Of a stretch of DNA of 64,000 bases, positions 23,918 through 35,835 are shown piece after piece. The notes under the pieces were generated by a model. It saw only the letters and a list, made by a program, of their open reading frames with translations. It searched no databases and was not told the DNA's origin. The first letter of the stretch is position 1. The number at the start of each line of letters is the position of its first letter. Origin of the DNA: Macrostomum lignano (Eukaryota); the NCBI GenBank assembly GCA_002269645.1, contig NIVC01002089.1, positions 124,001 through 188,000 on the forward strand, in the 5' to 3' direction. A program made the position numbers and the translations under genes.

Positions 23918-24648
23918 TATACGATTATAATTAAGTAGTAGTGAGTAGTGAGTAGTAGTGATAAATATAATAGTTTTAAATTAAAAACTTAAACTTTTGA
24001 CAAAAGGTCAAACAAATTGTATACGTATACAAGATAAATAATATACATGGTAAGGTTTTTAGAACTTATAGTTCAATTTTTTCATAACTTTATAAATTAG
24101 AGTATTATAATTTCAGAAAAAATGTCCAAATAACGTAATTCGTCTAGCACCGTGGTAATTGAATGTACCACGCGTTTTTTGCCTCTGCTTTTTGTGTAAT
24201 TTGGCTACAATTGACGTAATGACTATTTTTAGCTAGTGTTTTATTCAATCCGAACTTTGATACTTTACTTGTATTGTGGGTAAAGGCTACAGACGCTTCA
24301 GTTGTATTTTAGTTTTTTATATATTTATTTTATAATTTAAAATCGATATTTAGATTTTAGTTAGGCTAGGTTTAGTTTAACCAGGACCTACCTAACCTAA
24401 CCTAAATGCTTGCTGACTAGGCCTACTCTACTGTATTAGGCGGCTTAAGCCCTAGCAGCCTACTATTAATTAAAACTTTACATTTGACCTAGGTATGAAA
24501 TGTGCTGTAGGCCTATCTACCCCAAAGAAAGGTAGGCCTAGGCCATAGGCCATATAGGCCTTAATGAGTTATAATTATAATTATAATATGCTACTAAGTT
24601 AGGCCTATGATTGCCTATCTCACAAAGCAATCAAAAATCAAAGTGGCG

Positions 24649-24903
24649 ATCCTTTGGTTTCCCACTCTAAATTATTTAAACCCCAGACCAATGGGCGGCC
24701 TATAACATGTTGGCCAACCATCTGATGGTTAACCATTCACCAAGCTTTCCCCCATTAGCACTTCGGCAATATCCTCTACTGGATAACATACTACTACTCT
24801 ATGATGTAGAACTCTGTGAACTCTTGCAAGAACTCTGTGAGCTTGTCAGACTCTGAAAGTTCAAAAAAGGGTTTAAATAATTTAGAGCAAGAAACCAAAG
24901 GAT
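24649..24903. mobile_element. Small MITE-like element bounded by 35-bp inverted repeats
   Basis: ATCCTTTGGTTTCCCACTCTAAATTATTTAAACCC (24649-24683) versus GGGTTTAAATAATTTAGAGCAAGAAACCAAAGGAT (24869-24903); only ~3 mismatches. Confidence 0.55.
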
Positions 24904-25024
24904 AGCAAACAAATAATAAATAATCTAAATTATAATTTGTTTCTATTATTGATTTTTGCATGCTAAATGAGACTTTTTAAGCAATCTGAGACTGAATAGC
25001 AAAAATGAATTATAAGGCCCCTAC

Positions 25025-25423
25025 TAGAGGTTGGACGGGATTGAAATCTTCGGGCGGGATCGGGATCGGGAATAATTTTTTTCTCGGGATCGGGATCGGG
25101 ATTGGGATTCGGGAATCGGGATCAGGTCTTTTAGTGTATTGTCCATGTAAAGTTAAACAAAATTGAGAAAAGATTGTCAAGATCAAGAAGTAAAACACAA
25201 TGAAATCTATATGAAGTTTTGTAACCAACAAAGTAAATAATGTAACGAGTATAAGTTAAAGCAAAATACCTTCAAGTAATCATTAATTCTATAAATTATT
25301 AATTGAAAGACCTGTTCCCAAATCTCGAGTTTTTTAGGGTCGGGATTCTGGTCCCGCGGGAATTCAATTTTCCTCGGGATCCCGAGATTTCGGGATCAGG
25401 ATCGGGATCCCGTCCGACCTCTA
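25025..25423 (-). mobile_element. hAT-type MITE, copy B (CpG-rich, better preserved)
   Basis: TIRs are TAGAGGTTGGA/TCCGACCTCTA, with a perfect 8-bp TSD GCCCCTAC at 25017-25024 and 25424-25431. An 8-bp TSD with TAG termini is characteristic of hAT elements. Confidence 0.9.
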
Positions 25424-25734
25424 GCCCCTACCCTAGTCCTAGCCTAGCTGGGCAGCCCCAACCTTCGTTGCACTTCAGTCTAGCATTTTAGGCATTCTTA
25501 GCAAGCAAAGTGAGATTTTTAAAGCTTTTTTTTATTTTTTTCAAGAAGCATTTTATAAAAAGGCATTTAGTGGTTTAAAGGAATATATATAATATAAGCC
25601 TAGTGATGTACGTGTCCCACGGCTCTTATTTATTCTTAAGTCTTAAGCCTTACTTGCTACCACCAAGCTGTTGCAGGGGTTATTCCTTCTTGCTTCTTGT
25701 TAATATTGCTGGTTATTACTTGCCTTTTACTAGT

Positions 25735-25860
25735 AGCGTATGTACTTCTATTGGTAGCGTCTGTACTTCTATTGGTAGCATATGTACTTCTATTGGTAGC
25801 GTCTGTACTTCTATTGGTAGCGTATGTACTTTTACTGGTAGTGTCTGTACTTCTATTGTA
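25735..25860. repeat. 21-bp minisatellite (CTATTGGTAGCGTCTGTACTT)
   Basis: About 5-6 copies. Confidence 0.85.
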
Positions 25861-27089
25861 CTTTCTGGCCTGAGCGGTCTTTTTAGGCACTGTCTATCCT
25901 ATTCCTATACTCCTCTAAAGATATTATTCTTAGTCCTGGATGTTCCCAGGATCAGAGGGTCACAGCTTATTTGCTGGGTATCCTGCCCTGAGGCGGGTTT
26001 CTCAGACTCTGAGTCTGGGCTTCTCTACCATGTGGTAGGATCTCTGCCTCCTAAAGGCGATTTCTCAGATCCTAGATCTGGTTGTCTCGTTCTCTGAGAA
26101 TGGGTTGAACTCTCCCAATCTTGGGGCTTCTGATGCTTTCTAAAATAACTAAGTCAGTAAGTATCGAGCAATATACTAGAATAGTTTTAAGCTTGAAGCC
26201 AGCGAGGCACAAGTTGCACAATTTGCTCTCCTTCTTATTCGGCTCGTGTATTTATACTACTCTCAATTTGGTCTTTTAAACAAATAAAATTTCATAATAT
26301 TTAAAATATTTACAATATTACTAATATTATACATATTAAAACAAAATAGTCTAGTTTCAAATATACTACTTTCTAGGAAACAAACAATGCTAAAATAAGG
26401 CCTACCTCATATGCCAATAGTTAAAAATAATCTATTTTGAAGAGTACTACAAATATACTACAAAAAATGCTAGGCTATACTCATAGAACTAAAATTGTTA
26501 AATAGAAAAATTTAAGTGTTCAAATAAAAAGTTGCATAAGCCTATTGATAATTATAGGTTAGGCCTACATTGAACATTACAATAAGGTTATATTGAGCTA
26601 TTGAAACTCAGATTTTACCTATTGAATTCTAATCACTAGAACTTTTTTGTATGCATTTTTAAATCTAAAGTCATACTTAAACAAAAGCTTATTATTAGGC
26701 CTAGGTGGCTAGGCCTAGCCATTAAATTAAGATAAAAGTAAACAAAAAAAGAGTGAATTCATATCATGTTAGGATTTGAAACAAGCATTGATCTCATCAG
26801 CAGCTACAATGCTATAGGCCTATAGAATGATATAAAGTCTGTTCTATCTAAAGCAGTGCCTGGCAAACTTTTGGCCTTTAGTCTCTGCTTATCTTCTCTA
26901 TCACTAAAGTCCATTGAAATTTCTTTGTTCTATTCTTTTTCTATCCCACATTCTTTTTTCTGTTTCTTTTCAGACCTCTTTTCTATCTTCTCTTTTTGTT
27001 CTCTTTTCTTTTTTATCTCATCTATCATATATCATATAATATATCATATATAAAAAAGAGAGAAAAAAGAGAGAGCAAGAAAAAAGATT

Positions 27090-27092
27090 GAA

Positions 27093-27171
<79 letters not shown>

Positions 27172-27172
27172 A
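27090..27172. repeat. (AG)n microsatellite
   Basis: Seen directly. Confidence 0.95.
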
Positions 27173-27599
27173 AGAAAGAGACAGAAAGAGAAGAAGAAAG
27201 AGAGGAAAAGTTTGTAACTTGTAAACTTAAAGAAAAAAGAAAACTATAAACTATATTGGTAATAGTAGCAATGAGATAATAGTAAACTAATTGCATAAAA
27301 ATAAAACACTTATAACATGGCTCAATGAGCTATAATGAGCATTATAGATGAACTATGAAAACTTTGCACTGCAAAATAAAAAGAAAACTTTCAAAACAAA
27401 AGAAAAAACTAATTTGATAATAGCACACAGTGAGAACTACATGAGAAAAGGAAGTACTGATTAAATGATGCCATGAGCCAATATCTAAATAATCTTTAAT
27501 TATTATTTTAATCTATAGGATCCTTTTGTATAGTTATTTCTTACAATAGGATTAGCCTATAGTCCTAATTGGTAATTAACCAAGGTAGTACAGTGATGT

Positions 27600-29000
27600 G
27601 ACAATAGATTAAGAGAATTGGCAGCGAAGGATAGGTAAGGATGCTGCTGGGGTTAAGGACAGAATATTAATAATAAAAGTAAGAGTAACAGGTGGATCTT
27701 GCATGTAGAAAAGATCATTTTGAAAAGTAATGCAGGCATGGCAATTGCAATAGATAGACATAAAGAGCAAGAGGATTCATGGAAGAAGGAAGAAGATCCA
27801 ACATCTATAAAGTAGGTCTAGCCCTATAGATTTTAGACAACCTTCAATAAAGGGAAAATAAGCAGTGTGTGGGTATTGTTTTGTCATTGTTTTACTTCAT
27901 TCCTCCTTCTTAGTTGCTTGTAGGTACCAACCAAAGCATGCCCAATAGCTACATCTGTCATTTGGGTACTTGACATTTGGGTCCTTTGGTACCTGGTATT
28001 CAGGCATGCACTTGCTGGTGCTAGTAGATAGGCTGGCCTAGTAGATAACCATTGTATATGCTTAGCATCTCTTTGGACTAGATCTAGTATCTAGTAGAAA
28101 TTCAGGGCTTTTTGCCTTGCTTTGAGATGCCTTAATATATTATACCACTCAAGAATTCCACCCATAGACACCCAGGAATTCTACCCATAGATGTCTCAAC
28201 TGAGTTGTTGGTCCTGATATAGTGCTTAAAGACAGATATCATCTTGGCCCTAGATCGGGTTCTAGAGCCAGTTGATATAATCTGCAAGGTCTAAGAGGGC
28301 TTGGTTGTTATCTACAGCGGCTATGCATACATTAAGGCCTAGCATGATATGAGAAAGAAGGCATAAAATAGAAAGAATAATTTGCACTACATTCCTAAAT
28401 TCAGCAGCAGTGCAATACTAAATCTATTCCTAGTGTCTAGACACATTGGAAAATTGCTTGGCAATAATGAAAAAAGTAGCCTTTAACTGTGGCACCTGGA
28501 AATATAATTCAAATTGCCTTCCATATAGCTGCTTCAAAATCACAAAGAAATTCAACAGGTGTTACCAACTACCTCCTATCTATTGTGGTACACAGCTCCG
28601 TGCATACTATACAACTGAGTAAATGGCCCCTTGACAATGTTAAAAGTATTATCACAATGCAGAAGCCAAGAAATTGGTTAGCAACATCTGTTGACCAGTT
28701 GCATTGATAACAGAGCCAAAAAAACTTACAATTGCCTTGTATGACTTAATATTACGCAGGTGTGACATAGAGCTATTGTATTCCAGATGCTGCCAATTGC
28801 GGCACTAGGAGCATTCAATTGGACAATCTTCATTAGTAACTGGCTGCATACTACACATGGAAATGCTGTAGCCATTCTCAGCAAATTAAAGCAAACAGCC
28901 AGATATAAAAGAAGTCAAATGAAAGCTATTCAATTCAGACTTGACTCCAAGATTATTAAGATAATTAAGTTAAAGTTTTGATCTCCAATACCTTAGGTGC
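27600..29000 (-). pseudogene. Possible highly decayed LINE RT remnant
   Basis: Only scattered, stop-riddled minus-strand fragments vaguely resembling RT motifs; weak support. Confidence 0.25.
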
Positions 29001-32000
29001 TTGTGAAATCAACCTCTAAATTGTAACTAATAAGAGATGCCTCTTATAATAAAGCTTGCAATCTGAAATCTTGTTTTAAAATAATGCATGCTTTATAACA
29101 ACTATCTATATATATTGCTAGTAGTTATGTGTTGTGTCTCAGTCTAATGGCCGCTGGATAGGTCAGGGTTTGGGTCCCCCCGCCTGAGATACCCTAGTCC
29201 CAGCCTTCTACCCCAGCTATTCCTATGCGCCCCTTGCTCAGCTCGACGAGACTTCGCCGGACCGATCACCCTGAGATCAGCGAGTGTTCATCAGTCCCAG
29301 GTCCCTACCAGCTCCTGGCCCCACACAGCAACCCGAAAGACAAAAGCACGTGCTCACCTCTGCATTTACAGACTTATCTGCAAAGTGTTTTTTGGCAAAG
29401 CATTTATTGGCGCAAAGCAGAACAGTCAACAATTGTGAGAGTTACGAGTTATTAGCTTGCAGAGAGCAGGTTTGCAGGATGACTCCGAAGAAACAGAAAG
29501 GAATACAAAAGGACGTGGGGTGCAGCATGCTCAGGGTGTGCCCTTAAATAATATTGTACACAAACAAGGGGGAGGGGTGGGCAGACAGGAGAGGGCGAGC
29601 CAAACCCTGGGGCCCAGCTGGCTTATCAGCCAGCCAGCCAATACAAGCAGCCCCAGGGTGAGGCAGGCAAAGAGGGAGGGGTAAGGCAAGCACCCAGATT
29701 AGACAAGAATTGGGACAGGGGGCTAGGTGCAGTAAAGGCTAGGCCAGGGTTAAGGCTTACGCCTCTCACAAACCCTGGCCTGGGCGCAAGACAAGGGACA
29801 GGGCAGGGCAGCATGAAAAAAATGAAAACAAGGCAAAGTACACAAACACTGGAAGGGCACAGCCCAACATATGCATTGGTTACTATTTGAAAGCTATCCA
29901 AAACTGGATAGTTGGGCAAATGTGAGGTAGGGGAGATTGATAAGAAAGCTTTCATTCCTAAATCCTACCCTTTTCCTACTTCCAAACCAATAAGGAATGG
30001 GCTTACTTTGTGGCCACCTTGGTCTATCACTATTTAGATTAAGGATTTTAAATGCAGTCTAAATTGAGTAATTATTTTTGACAACACTTACTAGGCATTT
30101 CCTATCCTCATTGCTTGTTAAACACAGTTGATTTGCCATAGTCTTTGTTTCTAATATGTTTCTTACTTAGCTTGAAAAAATTCTTATTTTGCTTGCTAGA
30201 CAAGCAACTTTTGCTTGCCTTAGAAAAAAGTTTCATTTAGCATGCAAAACTAATACTAGGTAATGTAATGACAATGTAAAAAAGCTATTTTTCAAGAGTG
30301 TTTTATGTTAAGTTTTGAATTCTATAAAGGTTTTGCTTAGGGCTTAGCATTGTTGTTACATTATTTGTTTAAATAATAAATTGTTACTTAGCCAAAAAAC
30401 TTAACTTTGCCCTCCTTAAAGCTAGAAAGGCCTTACTCTAGGCATTTCTTGTCTATTAATGAAATTGATACTGTTAGTTAAAATGGGAGATAAGATAAAA
30501 TATTAAATATTGTAACTAGTAAAAATCCTAGGATATTCATATTTTTATTGTTGCATAATATCTTGGCAACTATTTAATAAAGCTCATTATTTTTTAGTGC
30601 TAGGCCTAATATTAAAACTAGGAGTTTAGAGTTCTGATCTGGGTTTTTTTCTTAGTAGTGCAACTAGAAATTTGTTGAGGGGGGATAAATTCTGGAAAGT
30701 AAAGACCCAAGGGGGGATAGAGAGTGTGGCTCTTTATTTTGATGAAAATTTGTTTGCCCCCTTAGATTTTTTTGGTCTGCACCTAAAGAAAGTGTCATGA
30801 TGGCTAATCATGTGGAGCACAATGTTATTTAGTTGTCAGTCAATGAGAGTTTAGGGGCATGGTTGTGCTTGCGGCCAAGCCAAATCGAGCGCTTGTATTT
30901 TGGAACTGAAAGAAGGCATACACACTGAAAGATAGTATTGATATACTCGCTTACAACTCGAAGGATTAACAAAGTTTGGACATAGACATAGTTTAAGCAC
31001 ATACATATTGGCTGCATTAACGGATCATAAGGCATAACAGAAAGGGCAACTGCCCTCTTGCCCCCTTCCCCTGCACCTAGTTGTAGCATTGTTTTCATTG
31101 GTACTAGGCCTAGGATACAAAATTGTATCTAAGTTCAAATTTTAAAATTCAATTCAGAAAGTCAAACTGTTTTGTATTATTCCTATTCAAGGGTAGATCT
31201 AGGATTTTTTGGAGAGGTGACAGATATGCAAAAAGGGTGCATTACCCCATAGAGGGGGTGCCCAATATATCCTATCTTCTCAATGACCTTTGTGATAATT
31301 ATTAACATGTAAAGCATTGTATATGAAATGGCTAATTTGGTTTTATACAAAATGTAAATTTTTATGTGGCAGTTTATTTAAGTTTAAGAACATTTAGCTG
31401 CACTAAAAGTAGCCTTAGGCCTATACTATAGCAGCTCAGAAAAAGGATTAAATAGCCAAGACTCAAAGAATATGTTCAGCGCTACTTAACTATCAGGTAG
31501 AGGGACATTATTGTCATTTTGACTAGGCCTATAAAATAGGTGCCCTAGGCTCCATTCTAAGGACAGGTACTTAGAATGAAGGTATACTGAATACTTAGAA
31601 TAATAGTTCCTTATACGAGCCATAGGACTGCCCAGGATAGCAAAATTCCTTAAGCATAAAAAAATGTTGTACATGATCTTCAGTATACCTTAATTTTTTA
31701 TGGCTTTTTGAGATCTTGGAGAATATGCTAGAAACCATTTGGTAGACTAGGCCATTGTCTTAGTATCCCAGCTTTAGCCTTTAGATCCATGTCTTATTTC
31801 CAGCAATAATTCTCAATAAAAAACTTCCCTCTCTTGATAAAAATGTTATAGATAGCTATTTAAAACCAAAGTTTGTTATATTTTCTATTCATCTATTAGT
31901 AAGTGTGGCACCCCTTTGCTAAACTTTTTCTTTAGGTACTTAGTCAGAATGGTATAGATCCTTCCATACAGTACCATTGTCATTGCCATTGATACTTGAC

Positions 32001-33213
32001 TCTTGTTATCCTAGACCTTAGACTTCTATTGCATCCATGTCATTTCATGCAATTTTTTACTTAACTTATATAAGTGCTAGTTGATCTCCTACTTTCAATT
32101 TTAAGCAATAGTCTTATTTTTTGCCCATTTCAATTCTAGTTGCTTCAGCATTTTGGTAGCCATTGGGCAATAGATGGTGCTTAAGCCCACTGGTGCAAGA
32201 TGTTTAAAGTGTTGAAACTACTTTTTTACAAATTATATGCCTTAAAATTCAAACTTGGCTTTTTATAATAGCCTAATTATGATCCATTCCTTTTTCACAT
32301 GGGATTTTAACTATAAATTGTTTATGCAAACAGGGCAAATTTTTAATGTCATAGGGCAAGACTAAAGTGGCTATATTAATAATAATAAATTATTTGCAAA
32401 ATTTTATAGCTTGGCATTTTATTTGACTAATTTTGCTAAACATTAAAACTAATGATGAAAAATAAGATAAATATTTTTGTGTTAAATTAAAAAAGGCTGA
32501 ATGTTCAACTATGAACTTTTTAAATTAAAATAAAAAATGAACATATATATAATATGTTGCACCATAGTTGATTTTCAAAGAGCAAATCCAAAATTGACAA
32601 TTTATAAGCTTTATATAAATCACAATCATAAAAATGGTCATTAGTTTACATTTTTTATCATGATTATTGTGACATCTGACACTGTAATTAGCATCTGATA
32701 TGCTAATTACCTAGATGCTATTCTTCATTTTATTCCATTTTATAGAACCCTATAATAAGTCTTTGATAAGCAAGAATAAGGCTTACACCTTATTCATACT
32801 ATTGTATATTTATTGGAATCTAAACATATTGTAGTATAAAAATGCCTATTTTACCTGGAGGTGATCTAAAATTTCAGTGGAGCCAATCTTGAAAAATTTT
32901 TAAAGTCCATAGTGGTCCAATAAGTGAATATGACAGGATTATTAATGAAGTCAATGCTAACAGGGTACTAACATCACAGATTGGTTTTCTGCCATAAAGG
33001 GAGGTCTTTCTACATCCAAGACATTTGATAACAAGTATTTTTAACATCACTTATTGCAGACCGACTACATATGTATTGGAATTAATGTGTTGCTAGTTTC
33101 CATCTATTTGAAGATCTCTGCAAAGTTTTCAATGGAAAAGCTATGAACACGAATTGTGTTAAAGAGTTTAGCTTATAAATTTCTCACCAAACCCACAGAC
33201 AGAAGCCAAAGTT

Positions 33214-35418
33214 ATGGTAGTTGATCACGTGATCCTAGACGCCGGAGCCGTCATCGCCTGCAGCGATCTATCCAGGCTGGGCAATAAATTTTCCAGCACC
33301 CCAGTTGTCATGGCCGAGGTGAAAGATCAGAATGCTCGGCTCAGATTAGAACTGCTGCACGAGCCAGTTCAAGTGCGCGACCCGCTAGAGTCTTGCGTCA
33401 CACAGGTGATCGCGGCTGCTAAAGCTTCTGGAGATTTCAGCGTCCTGTCTATGGCCGATATTGGTATTGTGGCGCTGGCGCTGCAGGTTATGGAGGAGCT
33501 GGGGTGTCCTGCTAAGCCTCCGGCTGCTACTGCAGCGGGCGATGCAGCTGCGGAAGCTGCACGTGAATATGGAAACCGAATGGAGGAAATGCAGGTGAGT
33601 GCGCGATGGCAGGTTTTTACAAAATCAAGATTAAGTAGGGTAGGGTAGGGTATAGAATGAAGATTGAGTAGGGAGAATGAATAATGAGTAGGGAGATTGA
33701 AGATTGAGTAGGGAGAATGAAGATTGAGTAGGGATAATGAAGATTGAGTAGGGATAATGAAGATTGAGTAGGGAGAATGAAGAATGAGTAGAGAGAATGA
33801 AGATTGAGTAGGGAGAATGAAGATTGAGTAGGGAGAATGAAGATTGAGTAGGGAGAATGAAGATTGAGTAGGGATAATGAAGATTGAGTAGGGAGAATGA
33901 AGATTGAGTAGGGAGAATGAAGATTGAGTAGAGAGAATCAAGATTGAGTAGGGAGAATCAAGATTGAGTAGGGAGAATGAAGATTGAGTAGGGAGAATGA
34001 ATATTGAGTAGGGAGAATCAAGATTGAGTAGGGAGAATGAAGATTGAGTAGGAAGAATGAAGAATTTAAGCCAATTCAAGTCGTGAACCATTTAAACAGG
34101 ACGAGCAGGAGGAGCAGAGCGTGTCCGATCCCGCAACAGACTCCGAGGACGAGGAATCCGGTTGGGTAACCATGGACAACCTAGCTAGCGTCCTTGGCAA
34201 CGGCTCGGTTGTGCACGCCTCGGATTCCGCAGCCAGCTGTCCGGTGGCCTGCGCCAGCACCGACTTTGCCGTGCAGAATGTGTGCGCCAGGTTGGGCGTG
34301 CCGATTCTCTCGTGCGAGGGCCGCATCATTGCCGAGATTCGAACTCACGTCCTCTGGTGCGCCGGCTGTTATAAACGATGCCTGAGGCCGGACAAGCGGT
34401 TCTGTCCATCGTGCGGTCACGCCACTCTGCAGAGAGTCAGCGCCCAGTTGGACAATGCCACTGGGCAGTTACAGCTGTTTTTCAAGAAGAACTACCAGTA
34501 CAGACTGAAGGGTAAGGCTTGAGAGCTAAGCGCACTGTTCACTCCTTCTTTAGGGAGTGCCAAGCGTGCAACCCTCAGATTGTTAGGGGAGAGCTGAGCG
34601 TGCAATCCACAGAATCTTCAGGGGTGCCAGGCCTGCAATCCACAAAATCCTCAGGGGTGCCAGGCGTGCAATCCACAAAATCCTCAGGGGTGCCAGGCGT
34701 GCAATCCACAAAATCCTCAGGGGTGCCAGGCGTGCAATCCACAAAATCCTCAGGGGTGCCAGGCGTGCAATCCACAAAATCCTCAGGGGTGCCAGGCGTG
34801 CAATCCACAAAATCCTCAAGGGTGCTACTGCTAGGCGTGCAATCCACAGAATCTTCAGGGGTGCCAGGCGTGCAATCCACAGAATCCTCAGGGGTGCCAG
34901 GCGTGCAATCCACAGAATCTTCAGGGGTGCCAGGCGTGCAATCCACAGAATCTTCAGGGGTGCCAGGCGTGCAATCCACAGAATCTTCAGGGGTGCCAGG
35001 CGTGCAATCCACAGAATCTTCAGGGGTGCCAGGCGTGCAATCCACAGAATCTTCAGGGGTGCCAGGCGTGCAATCCACAGAATCCTTAAAAACAGATGAT
35101 AGCACACAGCCACCCCCCCCTTCAGGCACCCGCTACTCTTTGCCGAAGCCGCGGGGCGGTAAGCACAGCCTGGACCCCATAACGTGCGAATGGCAGCGCG
35201 TGCCGCAGCAGCGCCCCAGCAAGAAGACTCTGCAGAAGGCCAACCCGTTCTCTGTGGACGCCGAGGCCGCCGCACCCGGCCAGCTGTTTGCCCAGCACGA
35301 CCTGTCCAGCAGGGCTGCCGTGCTGGGCATCAGGGGCGGCCTGCCTCACTGGTCGCGGCGGAATCCTAACGAGGGCACCAGGCGCACCGGATCCAGCAGG
35401 AAGTCGCGGCGGAAGTGA
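33214..35418 (+). CDS. NOB1: RNA-binding protein NOB1 (20S pre-rRNA PIN endonuclease with zinc ribbon), 3 exons
   Basis: Exons are 33214..33594, 34100..34511 and 35126..35418. PIN motifs are VILDAGA, EVKDQ, SGDFSVLSMADIGIVALA, GWVT and STDFAVQNV. The Zn ribbon is CAGC...FCPSCG, followed by GTRYSLPKPRGGKH. The introns are GT-AG (33595..34099; 34512..35125). Confidence 0.96.
33650..34065. repeat. 20-bp minisatellite (GAATGAAGATTGAGTAGGGA) filling NOB1 intron 1
   Basis: About 20 copies. Confidence 0.95.
34598..35088. repeat. 30-bp minisatellite (GTGCAATCCACAGAATCTTCAGGGGTGCCAGGC-type) filling NOB1 intron 2
   Basis: About 16 copies; 10-aa period SSGVPGVQST(E/K). Confidence 0.95.
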
Positions 35419-35539
35419 CAGCGAATGTCTGACTGGGGGTTTGAGTATTTTGTGTGCTCAGATATTCCTGCCTGGCTAGCAATGGAAAGCAGGATTTCAG
35501 ATATAAAAATATCAGGTAGCATCCAGTCATTGAATGCCT

Positions 35540-35730
35540 TTGTATGTCTGTCTGTCTGTCTGTCTGTCTGTCTGCCTTTGTATGTCTGTCTGTCTGTCTG
35601 TCTGTCTGTCTGCCTTTGTATGTCTGTCTGTCTGTCTGTCTGTCTGTCTGCCTGCCTTTGTATGTCTGTCTGTCTGTCTGTCTCTGTCTGTCTGTCTGCC
35701 TGCCTTTGTATGTCTGTCTGTCTGTCTGCC

Positions 35731-35775
<45 letters not shown>

Positions 35776-35835
35776 GTGCGTGTGTGCCTGTCTGTTTGTC
35801 TCTGTCTCTGTCTGTCTGTCTGCCTGCCTGCCTGT
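35540..35835. repeat. (TCTG)n/(CCTG)n compound microsatellite downstream of the NOB1 stop
   Basis: Seen directly. Confidence 0.95.

Larger units (their letters stand above)
18975..24200 (-). mobile_element. Near full-length LINE (APE-RT type, RTEX-like by inference) with frameshifted ORF2 and an internal inversion; 5' boundary uncertain
   Basis: ORF1 is 23917..23087 and APE fragments lie at ~23046..22040 (LCLQETW, YIPP, IGDFNAH, FTF...GSSVID, SDHNQI). The RT lies on the opposite strand at ~20480..21790, and the ORF2 C-terminus at 20490..19462 (KYLG, LFDALVTPVITYGCELWG, CCHC knuckle). A (TAC)n tail is at ~18977-18990. Confidence 0.92.

Noticed and set aside
29100-30000. GC-richer block possibly representing an LTR or other retroelement fragment
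   Set aside because: I found no second LTR, TSD, PBS/PPT or coding motif, so it cannot be supported without a database search.
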